In this document: piece after piece, positions 1 to 12,400 of the stretch
How the letters are laid out: each line of letters begins with the position of its first letter
Numbering within the stretch: the stretch's first letter is position 1
Source: Octopus vulgaris
Lineage: Eukaryota
Reading direction: 5' to 3'
Length of the DNA: 64,000 nucleotides
Assembly: GCA_951406725.2 (NCBI GenBank)
Contig: OX597814.1
Coordinates: 59,210,001-59,274,000 of the forward strand
Position numbers and translations under genes: made by a program
Notes under the pieces: model-generated
Seen by the model: only the letters and a program-made list of their open reading frames with translations
What the model was told of the DNA's origin: nothing
Database searches by the model: none

Positions 1-754
1 TTGACATTGTCATAAACACTGTTGCTGTTGCTGCTAATGATGATGATGATGATGATTTGTCGTTGCTTTTTGTGTTGACTCTCCTTTCATTGCAGTCGTT
101 GTTGTTGCTACTGGTGTCGTTGATGTTTATGTTGTTATAATCGCCCTCATTTCCCTTGCTTTTATTGTTGATATTTGCTGTTATGTAAACTTGTGCTATG
201 AGATTTTTCCGGTATCTCGTTGGATCTTGTAACGGGCACTACAGTCAATATAATCCTCTCCGTAGAACTGGAAATGAATTTAAGCTTTCAAGATTCCATA
301 CGACATTAAAAGGGAAAAGGAAAATCCAGAAACACAGCACTATGGCAGATATAATTTACGTCAAGCACACAAATTCTATACACTCAAGCAAGACTAGTGA
401 TCTATTGAATACTAGGGAAAAGAAAATCATTTTCAACTCTGCACACTCATTTTGTATCATATTCTCAATACAGTATAGTGTTTTTCTGTTCACTTAAAAT
501 ACAGCAAAACTAGCAACAATTTTCGGCTGTTTACGAATCTAATATTACTGATCGGGTTTCCATTTCTGGATATATTTTCTACATCTTTGGATTTTTTTAT
601 AACTGAAATCTTTATAATTTCGAATTGTACACAAATATGCGTCAAATATCAAGAAATATAGCCCAGAGAATTGATTCGAAATACAACGAACTGAAATATT
701 TGCTCGGGATAATTTCGCAAACAAATGTATATACCATCTTCGAAATTATTATAA

Positions 755-1460
755 GCTTGCTTACCAATCACATGGTTCCGGGTTCAGTCCCACTGCGTGG
801 CCCTTTGGGCAAGTGTCTTCTACTATAGCCTCGGGCCGACCAAACCCTTGTGAGTGGATTTGGTAGATGGAAACAGAAAGAAGCCCATCGTATATATGTA
901 TATATACATATGTGTGGAGGTGCAATGGCCCAATGATTAGGGCAGCGGACTCGCGGTCGTAGGATCGCGGTTTCGATTCCCACACCGGGCGTTGTGTGTG
1001 TTTATTGAGCGAAAACACCTAAAGCTCCACGACGCTCCGGCAGGGAGTGGTGATCCCTGCTGTACTCTTTCACCACTCTTTCTGTCACTTTTTCGTCTGT
1101 TGGCCTGCTCGCTTAGCCAGCGGGGTGGTGTCATTCGAAGGCTAAAACAATGCGAACGCATTGTGACCAGCGATGTGTAGCAACATTTGATAGCCTGGTC
1201 GGTCACGGTGATCACGGTGATATATACATATGTATATATGTGTGTGTGTTTGTGTGTTTGTGCGTCTGTGTTTGTCCCCTCACCAGCGCTTGACAACCGA
1301 TGCTGGTATGTTTATGCCCCGTCACTTAGTGGTTCGGCAAAAGAGCCCGATATAATATGTACTAGGCTTACAAAGAATAAGTCTTGGGGTCGATTTGGTC
1401 GATTAAAGGCGGTGCTCCAGCATGGCTGCAGTCACATGATTGAAACAAGTAAAAGAGTAA
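755..1460 (+). mobile_element. tRNA-derived SINE family A (octopus OK/OR-type), 5'-truncated, interrupted by a nested SINE at 916-1220
   Basis: B-box GGTTCAGTCCC, CORE-like ccttgggcaagt segment, internal (TA)/(TG) microsatellite and 3' tail ctccagcatggctgcagtc..tgaaacaagtaaaagag; closely similar to copies at 57261, 58015, 58690 and 60667. Confidence 0.85.
916..1220 (+). mobile_element. tRNA-derived SINE family B nested in SINE A
   Basis: tRNA-like head ggaggtgcaatggcccaatgattagg...ggtttcgattccc; flanked by direct repeat atatatacatatgt (900-913 and 1220-1233); same head occurs reversed at about 34655-34765. Confidence 0.8.
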
Positions 1461-1879
1461 TGCAGTCAAATACCGGGTAATTGATTTTACGGGTGTCACT
1501 TTCCGAATGAGGATGTTTGCTATTATACAGGTCTTCAATACGATTTATTAACGAACACTCGAAGGTGGGCTACTATGTTCATTCCTAAATATATGACATC
1601 ACAGCATTGTTTTTGCTCCAACATTTCTAATCTGTCTGTTTGGAAAATCTTTCCCAAGGGCCTATAAATACACACTTCTCTTCAGTGACGTTTATTTAGA
1701 AAATTAGCAATGTTCATTTGTTTATAAAAATGTTCAATTACTACATTGTTCCTTGACGTCATGGAACGTGCTGTGTCTCCGTTTCTCCGTTTATTTTCTA
1801 CTCAGCAATCATGATTACTACAGATATAACCCTGCAATTATCACATCTACATCCACTCTCCGATCTCTCTTAATCTCAG

Positions 1880-1996
1880 TCTCACTCTCTCTCTCTCTCA
1901 CTCTCACTCCCTCTCTCTCTTATCCTCACACATTTTCTCTCAATTATATATATATGTGTACATATATGCATATGAATAAGCAAATACACACGTATG

Positions 1997-2028
<32 letters not shown>

Positions 2029-2064
2029 CATATATATACATATATACATATATATATGTATATA

Positions 2065-2095
<31 letters not shown>

Positions 2096-2104
2096 GTATA
2101 TATG

Positions 2105-2136
<32 letters not shown>

Positions 2137-2146
2137 TATACATAAA

Positions 2147-2186
<40 letters not shown>

Positions 2187-2259
2187 AATATATGTATGTA
2201 TATAGACAGACAGACAGACAGACAGAAAGACAGACAGACAGACAATTAGATAGATAGAC

Positions 2260-2336
<77 letters not shown>

Positions 2337-2340
2337 TACA
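1880..2340. repeat. Compound microsatellite (TC)/(CA)/(TA)/(AGAC)/(AGAT)
   Basis: Directly visible; explains the YIYI/LSIY ORFs. Confidence 0.98.
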
Positions 2341-2795
2341 AGAGAGACAGAGAAAGAAAAACATATGTGATTAGTGTTTTATTGAAGTGTTCTCTGAACT
2401 CGCGTGTCCATTTTCCGTTTTTTTTAATTCTCTTTTCTTCCTTTCCACTTTCTTTCTTTTCATTCTCCACTATCACAACTCAGTTGCACGTTGACGCCAG
2501 TTGCACGGCTTGTTCTCTTATTTGTCACAAAGCTTATTCTTGCAAAGCTACTATTTGCTTTCTTGCACGAGTGTAGCATTGGACCGTCTTTGTCCTGTCT
2601 TTCACACAACTATCTTGCACATTACACCATCTTGCATTCATACACTTATATAAAGTTCTATCCTCTGTATTCCTCGCGCCCCACAGTCGTACCATAAGCC
2701 ACTTTTCTTAACTCTTTTTATATAACTGCATTTCTACCTAACCATTACCCCGTAGGTACTTTCTTCACACTCCTCTCTTATTTCCCTCTATACAA

Positions 2796-2832
2796 TTCTT
2801 CTGATGAAGGATTGGCGTCCGAAAGTTTAACA
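2796..2832 (+). ncRNA. Degenerate minimal hammerhead ribozyme motif (Penelope-like terminal repeat fragment)
   Basis: CTGATGA-A-GGA-ttggcg-TCC-GAAAGTTT: both core boxes with a 3-bp stem II; stem I and stem III imperfect. Confidence 0.45.
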
Positions 2833-3175
2833 TACTTCCAAAGCATTCAATTATTACACTATTTTTTAAAACTAAACATTCTTCGGGTATGTTTTTCCTT
2901 TTACGTTTTCTGCACTGCATTCACAATACACACACAGACATACGCACACACACATACACACAAGCACATGCCCATATATGTATAAATATAGATATAGATA
3001 AATGATAGAAAAAGGATTAACTAAATCATTTATTTTACTACAATTGATACATTTTTAAACATGTAGTAAATTGGTGAAAGGTTGTGTAATCATTGACATA
3101 CATCCAAGGTGTAAAATGCAATTCATCAGATGATTTTTTAAATAAGTCTGTTTAGGGCTTCCTTCATTATAGTCT

Positions 3176-3225
<50 letters not shown>

Positions 3226-3242
3226 ATGTGTGTTTGCGTGTT

Positions 3243-3299
<57 letters not shown>

Positions 3300-3679
3300 G
3301 TATATAGAAAGAGAGATCGATAGACAGGTATGGTAATTTATAGTTAGATTGACTCGTTTCTGCATATTTCTATATTTCTATAATTTATATTTTGATTATA
3401 ATTGTGTTTAGATTTGTATGCAAACCTCGGAAAATAGCATGCCTTCTAAACTCGAGTGGCATAAGAAGAAAATCTAACGGATGACTTTTTGAAACAATCA
3501 CGTGTGGAAGTACATTTTATATCTTGAATGCTTCATAGTGGTTATAAACCACTTACGGTTAACTCTACAGAAGTTCTATAGAAATTGTAGACAGCACTGA
3601 TTTTTCTTATGCACCGTATGCGAAACGCCATATATAAACAAATAATGAAATCAAAGATGAAAAATGTGTAGTGAAATTA

Positions 3680-3720
3680 TATGCCATCTTTCAGGAGTTG
3701 TTGCTCCTTCATCAGCACTC
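3680..3720 (-). ncRNA. Degenerate minimal hammerhead ribozyme motif
   Basis: Minus strand reads gagtg-CTGATGA-AGGAG-caacaa-CTCCT-GAAA-gatggcat: perfect 5-bp stem II between the core boxes; cleavage triplet region mutated. Confidence 0.55.
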
Positions 3721-3886
3721 ATCTAGCTCCTTAATCACCCACGATGACATTGCTTAAATAGCCGCTAAACAGATCGCTCTAACGTTACTGGATATACCAA
3801 GCTTACATATCAGCCACATTCATGGACGCAGGTACGTGTATATACACAAACAAACAAACACATATACACATGTTATATACATACAG

Positions 3887-4005
<119 letters not shown>

Positions 4006-4327
4006 TGTGTGTGTGTCTGTGTGTGTATAACAGTAGGGGTACAAGTGTCAATCCATTGCGGCCGTCTCTAACGAATTCTTTCCTTGATAAATTAAAACTT
4101 TACATCATTGTAAAGAAACCGTTTTTGTCAGATGAGCTCATGAACTTCACAATAAACATCATTCAAAACTATTTAATATAGCTTAAAATCCACGGAGTAA
4201 AGACATTTAAGGTGATTCTGCTACTGTTTTACTTGGATGCTCCATATTAACATAATATTGCTGTTGTGTGTGTACATTATCCCGACCTAACGACGTGGCT
4301 CAATTTGAGTGCCTAATTGTAGTGAAT

Positions 4328-4365
<38 letters not shown>

Positions 4366-4366
4366 C

Positions 4367-4397
<31 letters not shown>

Positions 4398-4729
4398 TAT
4401 ATACACATATGTATATATATACATGAATATATATATACATATATATAGACATATGTATATATATGTATATATATATTGTTATAACAACAAGACATTATAA
4501 CAATTTTGATGACTGCATAAATGATAATCAGAACGCTATTAAGTATTTTTAAAAAAACCGTTAGTAGATTCGACGTCAAAGGCAGACACTAGGAAGGGAA
4601 GGGGTAAATAAATAATAAGTAGAGGACAAATAAAGTGGGATATATTCATTGAAAAAATGTAGATTCCTCTATTGAAGTAAAGTGCAAGTTGAACTAAATG
4701 TTCAAACTACAAAGAACATTATATATGTT

Positions 4730-5941
<1,212 letters not shown>

Positions 5942-6903
5942 TCCTTGATATTTATCATGTTTCTAGCATGTGTTCACTGTTTGCTTTGTCACAAACCCTT
6001 ATATCCTATTCCAGTATTTATTTCGGTATCTAGGACGGGTACCACTGGTATCATCACATATGATTATTTAATTTCTTTCTGGCTCCCCTGTAGACACGAA
6101 TACTATTATAATTCTCTCATATCTGTCTTTCCTTTTCTGTCGTTGTATTTTCGGTTGGACTTTTATTTATTCTTTAAAATATTCATCATATTCGCATGTT
6201 ATTCTTTATCGTGTTTATAGCATTCCTATATTACTTTTATTATATTACTGTTACTATCAGTTTCATCGTCGCCATTCTGCATGAAAGCAATAGCGCGACA
6301 TCACCGAAAATACATTTCAAATCTCACTGTTTCCCTCAATGATTTAGTCATATCGTACTGCATATGCTGATAATACTTTGTTTAGCAAGGTTGTTTCTGT
6401 GTAAACCATGTAGACTCTGATCAAGCAAATTATAATCTAAGTTATTCCAGACGATATCAGATCTCTTCTTTCGCTTCTAGTGTCTATGAATCTATATGTT
6501 CTAATGTGTGTTTCTTTATAAGACTCATTGTTTATCCCAATCTTTGTATAGAGTATGCTGACTTATGTTCAACCATACTCTATTCATGGCAATTTCGTAT
6601 TTTAATTAGACAGTATATATGGTATTTGACCTTCCCGTTAAGCCAGTAAAATGTGATTTCAGGTTGTTGTAGCTATTATTACTGGCATTTTCGAGCTAAC
6701 TCTGTTTTGATTTAAGACAGTAATGCGTGAAATGTAGGATATTCGACCACGATTTCTAGCAGCGCACAATAACAATATAAAGGCCATTACACTGTCGATT
6801 AAAGATTTTTAGTTATTCAAATTGTCGGTGGCAATAACTTCTGTTTAGTCATGCAAACATCAAGAAAGGAGGCAAACATATCTAAGAACTTACAATTAAT
6901 ATA

Positions 6904-7116
6904 GGTTTCTAATTTTGGCACAAGCCTAGCAAATGCGAGGAAGGGGTTAAATCGATTATATTGAGCACAATCGTCAACTGGTACTTATGTTATCGAATCC
7001 GAATGGAGGAAAGGTAAAGTCGACCTCGGTGGAATTTGAACTTAAAACATAAAGACGGATGAAATGTCGTTAAGCATCTTCCCTGGTGTGCTAATGATTC
7101 TACCATTTCGGTGTCT
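6904..7116 (-). mobile_element. SINE family C (tRNA head plus Meta/MESC-like central domain)
   Basis: Reverse complement of gttcaaattcc..gaggtcgacttt.cctttc.tcc.ttcgg..tcgataa...aagtaccag; same family as 7380, 9126, 9350, 23686, 28587, 28795 and 56481. Confidence 0.75.
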
Positions 7117-7379
7117 TACTGACAATTAATATTAATTTTACACAGAAGCATCACCTATAATTTTAATGTTTATGGTTCAATGTTTATTGAAGTACATAAC
7201 TGATAAATTAATTTACTTAATCAGGAATGATGGAATACGAAATCGCCCCCCGATCGTCTTCGAACTCAAAAAGCGAAAGTACGCAACTAAATACTCCATG
7301 CAATATTGTGTGTCACTTTATCGATTTTGTCAGTTCACTACCGTACTGGCATGTATGTATGACCCCACCGGACAAGATG

Positions 7380-7550
7380 TTTAACGGCATTACTTTCAGC
7401 TATATATGTTCTGAGTTCAAATGCCGCCAAGGTCGATTTGATCACTGATCCTTTCGCGGTGGATAAAATATGTATCGGTTTTTATAGCTAGCTATGTAAT
7501 CGACTTCTCGTCTCCTCAGTATTGCTGATTGTGTGCTGAAATTAGAGTAA
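7380..7550 (+). mobile_element. SINE family C, diverged
   Basis: gttctgagttcaaatgccgccaaggtcgattt...atcctttcgcggtggataaaata. Confidence 0.65.
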
Positions 7551-9125
7551 TTAATTTCTCGAAAAACATCAAATACAAATTAAAACTTTGAATAACCGGC
7601 ACATTCAACGTAAGAGATACTAAGCATACTGCTTCTCTTTTCTCCGTCACAAAACCCAAGATGCCATTATAGCAGTGACAAATAATGACAATGGTATTTT
7701 ACACAGATAGCACCCTATTCATTCCTGTATTTGCTTTACAAATTGATAACCTCATCACACAATAACATAACACAAGTATTCTTATCTACTTTTATTTCTA
7801 TGTTCGTCAACCTCTAAACATCAATTTGCCAAACACATTACAAAAAGAAATTAAAAAATCTACACCACTATATAAAACACCGGATATTTTGATAATGATG
7901 GTCGCGGTGATAATCGTCATAATTACTAAAGCATTAGATTCAAAGAAATTCTGATAGTTCAATACCAAATGTATAGATAACTTCAGAAAGATACTCTATC
8001 TTGAGCGACAAAAGAGTTGTCTGGCAAGTGTTCAGACGCCGATTGTATTATCATGTTAAGCCATTGAATCGGGCCACTATAAATCACAACATTGTGCATC
8101 AGATGAATTTCCAGTTAATTGACAGCAACATTTCTGAATTGCTCTTTTCCTGTTCTTGCATGCTTATCTAAAAGGTCAGAAGTTTAACAACAGCTGAAGT
8201 ACAATGATCAGGGTACATCGTAGTCTCAGATATTGGACGTGATCTATTCAACCAATTAGCTGGTGATTTCTAGTTGTTCCGCTTACGTTTGTGTGTGAGA
8301 TGCATGAACTTGAGAAAACTAATTTATTGTTTTGGAAATAAAACATGTGATAATTATGAGGGATATTACATCAAATATTGTGATCATGTGAAGAACACCA
8401 ACATTTAATTTTGACAGTTACAATTTCAGAATTTTGTTTAATGTCTCCCAAATACAACTCTCTTGATGTAATATTCATTACTATTAAATCGACAATGTAA
8501 ACCTTACATCGGAAACCTATAGAAACTAAATGAATGGCGTGCAACATCGATCTCCTAACCGGTTAAATCTGTAAGAGATTAATTATCAAAGTCAAGAAGC
8601 GTTAACAAGTTTCTTGGTTACATCGTTAATACGATGAAGAGTGATTCAACTTGTAAAGTAAGTGGTCAAAAAGGAAGTATGCACACAAAAAACGTATATA
8701 AAATATAGGAGTTCGTTATTCATGATGCTTGATATATATTTGATAATAAAAATTCAAGTAACAGTTTCCTGGAAAATAATTTAGTGATTTTTAATAATTA
8801 ATGTTACACAGGTGCTGGGCTTTATCCTTCATACATTGCTCTCTAATAGACAATATCCCTCTCATGAATAAATAAATACTATATTATTCATCAATCCAGT
8901 CATTAGGTAGTGGAAGAACTTTAAACCTCCAGGAGGATTCCGGATGGAGTCTTCCAGTTTTTCAATACCTACACACACATTTCTAAATGTTACATGTTAA
9001 AAATATAGCCGTTGATTAAGAGGAGTATTTAGTTTCCCATATTACAAATATATTGTAGGGCTAACTCAAAGAAGCGCTTCTGCTAGACCGCTAACTTAAT
9101 ATTTGAAGTAATATTAGCTGGGTAT

Positions 9126-9565
9126 AAAGAGGTGAGCTGGCAGAATGATTAGCAACATGTTTAGCAGTATTTCGCCCGTCTTTAAGTTCTAAGTTCAAAT
9201 TCCGCAGAGGTCAACTTTGCCTTTCATCCTTTCGGAGTCGATAAAATAGGTATCGTTTGAGTACTGGCGTCTATGTAATTGGTTTCCCCTCTCCCACGAA
9301 ATTACTGGCATTTGCCAAAATTTGAAACCTATATTAACTGGACACATGACTGGCGGTGAGATGGCAGGGTCGTTAACAGACCGGGAAAATGCCTAGAAGT
9401 ATTTCGTCCGTGTATATGTTCTAGGTTCAAATTTCCTCGGTGTTGAGTTTGCATTTTGTCCCACGGAGACGACAAAGTAGGTACTAAATGAACATTGGGA
9501 TTTGCTTAATCAACTCAGCCTTTCCATACGAAGTTGCTGGAGTTGTACCAAAATTTGAAACCTAC
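9126..9565 (+). mobile_element. Two tandem SINE family C copies (9126-9330, 9350-9565)
   Basis: Both begin ggtgag.tggcag, contain gttcaaatt and end ccaaaatttgaaacct; the first has gcctttcatcctttcggagtcgataaaa. Confidence 0.75.
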
Positions 9566-11639
9566 CTACCAATTAGTATTATTCTTTATTTGTAATTTCT
9601 TAATTCTTACGGCAGATATTTTACTTCGAGCTGAGCCCGATTTTAACTATGAATGCAAGGCGTCAGTGACACTCATTTTATTTGTGTATTTAATTTTTTC
9701 TGCTGTATTCTCTCTCTCTTTCTCTCTCCCTTTCTCCCTCTCTCTTTCTTTCTTTCCCTCTTGCTCTCTCTCCCTCTTTCTTTCTCTCTCCCTCTTTCTT
9801 TCTCTCTCATCCTTTGCGTATTTTATCTTTTCATTTATAAGGCTATGGTTGACATTATTGTATTATCTCTGTTAATCAAAGATGTTGTTGGAGTTCTTAA
9901 TTTTATTTTCTTCAAGTTTTCCTAGCCTGTTTTCCTAATCTACATCCTATATCCATTTGTCTAGTGAATATGTTTACCATTTAGCAGTAATTATGTACCT
10001 TACTATGTTGAAGCCCTTGTTTTTCATAATTTAATATTTAATTATATCGTTGGCGATAACTAATTTAATTTTACAGCCATGTGTCATCAAATGATCATTT
10101 ATATTCTTCTGCAAATAGATTTTTCTTTTTAGTTGTTTATCTATCCTCTGAGACCCAATGAAACTCATGTAATGTCGTATATTCTCGTTTGTCTTTTATA
10201 CCTAGTATTCCATATATTATCGCTTCTCTTTTCACCTTCATTTTCCTAACCCGTGCATATGCCAGTATTAGGATGCTTATACTTTGAAAGTTTCTCCTTC
10301 CTCTCTCGGTTCATGCTTTGTTTAAAATAGCCTTGTTGCTTATTTGCGAGATGATATGTTAAGTGTTGTTTTTGACAAACAAAAGTAGATGTTTTGCCTT
10401 GATCTCCTTCAGCTATTTAGGGCAACAGTGACCTAAATGAAAATGTCCATGACACTTCTAATCCGTTCTCTCTTACAAATGCTGAAATAAAAGTGCGCAT
10501 AGCATCCATTCTCTGATTCTTATTCTTATAGGAATACATAATGTAATACATATACATATTTTATTTTATTTCCTCTTTTCATAATTGATTCTGTATATTC
10601 TCTGTATTCCCTTATTCAATTCATGCTTCTGTGACATTTTTGTTTGTCTTTATTTATTTTATTTTATTATTTCTTTGTGATACACTACGTCATCATTCGT
10701 CTGTATGTTAAAAAAACTGAATTGCTAATACTCTTTATCTATATCATCGTCAAAACTACCAATAGTATACTACTACTCTCCCCCCTTATTCTTCTCCTCC
10801 TCCTCCTTATCATCGTCATCATCATCTTCATCATCGTCTTCATCATTATCTTCGTCCTCTTCAACATCATCATGATGTCCATCGTCGTCACTGTGATCCC
10901 TACCATCGATATCGCTATGAATTTGACTTTCTTCTTCAGGTTATCGTTGCTATTATCTTCAGCATTACTTTCACTAACGTAATAATAACGATATCAACTA
11001 CTACTACTACCACTTGTAGTAGCAGCAATAGTAATAGCAGTGGCAGCAGTAATTGTAGTAGTAATAAAATGAAGTGAGGAGGAAGTGTTAAGTGTAGTAG
11101 TAGATATATTGTTGCTGTTATTTTTGCTGTAGTAATAGCTTCAATTTGGGGGCACACAAAACAGTAGGATCAAAGATATATAAGAACAAAATTCAAAAGC
11201 ATAAATATAAAAAGAAATAAATGAATATAACAGCCAATAGCAGAGCAGTTCACCACGAGTTATAAAAAAAAACGGTTTGGATTACTCTACTATATCCTAG
11301 GCATCGGATGTGCCCTCTTCCAGGTTCTTTTGGGTTTCTTCTTATTCAACAAAAAGCATACTCATATTAGGTTCATTCTGCCTCATCGGTTTTCTGATTC
11401 TCATACATGTGTCGATACAAACAACGTCTTCTGGTGCCTTACTTTCCTTTTTAAATGAAGAATCGTTAAAATAAACTGATGAAAATGTGGCCAGATAAGG
11501 AAGTGCCTGTCTTAAGTTTTGTTACCATACGAAGTCTTTCACGACATGTACTAAGCGGAAAAATATCTCTTCGGCCTAATTCTTAAAGTTGTTTTGACAT
11601 CATCGCAGCAATATAGATATAGCCACAACGCGTGCTCGC

Positions 11640-12400
11640 ACAACATCAACAAAGGAATTATAAAACCACCCTAGATGTGTGTTAACAGTAGATTCATTTC
11701 CTGACCCGACTTAATCCGACCCTTCCATAATAACCGGAAAAGCAGAGCTCAAATCCGGTTCGAAATCTTTTGGCATATGGTACGAAGGTCATGAGACAGT
11801 AATCTACGTATTGGTGAACTCTACTTTGCCATTCGCAGACAGCTACCTATCACCCCTTTTCTGGGTGAGGCTATTGACCATGCTCGTGACGCCTTCCAAG
11901 TTCCTATCCATCTGGAGGTTTCGTTCGAAAGCGGTTCCGAGTACTTTCAGCGGGCGCTCAGTCAAGTTGTCAGTTCACCGTTTTGTCCTGGTTTATGTTT
12001 ATCGTATACATAAGTGATATTCCCTTAGTTTTGTGCAGCTTGCTTTTTTAGGAAGTATCCCACACAGACAATGAGGTCGTCTGCGTATGCACAACGGCCC
12101 TGCAGATAGCTACTTCGATCGGGATATCCTGAAGCTATCCAGTTAGTCTCCAATGTCAAAGCGTAAAAGAACAGGAGATAGGCATCATTGGAATATCGTG
12201 TGTTCAATACTGACAGGGTCCGAGAGGCGGCCTATTAATTTGACCACCAAACTGATGCTGCTATTCTTTGTGATGATCTAGCTTCCGAAGGCGCAACCGT
12301 AGCCTACAGTACTAAAGACAGCCGGCAGAATGAGATGGTCTACCTTGTCAAGTGGAAGGATTCAAAATGACCGGTGCCCTGCTAGAAGCAGATCCACCTC
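11640..12400 (-). pseudogene. Decayed L1/Tx1-type LINE reverse transcriptase fragment
   Basis: Minus-strand pieces DKVDH, GRLSDPVSI...Q.CLSPVL, AYADDL and downstream FRLLWKG follow the order of RT domains 3-5 and thumb; many frameshifts. Confidence 0.7.

Noticed and set aside
385-408. aagactagtgat resembles part of miR-7
   Set aside because: Seed-proximal bases differ (agcaagac versus tggaagac), 3' half mismatched and no hairpin; chance match.
755-985. tRNA-like sequences (also at 57261, 59020-59094 and 61000-61069)
   Set aside because: These are SINE heads: acceptor and anticodon stems do not close properly and each continues into a repeated SINE body.
1753-2476. Many 60-180 aa ORFs (YIYI, LSIY, THTH, poly-L/I/N/S) here and at 3.8, 21.7, 26.7, 38.0, 40.4, 45.4, 46.3 and 60.4 kb
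   Set aside because: Translations of stop-free microsatellite frames; no domain content.
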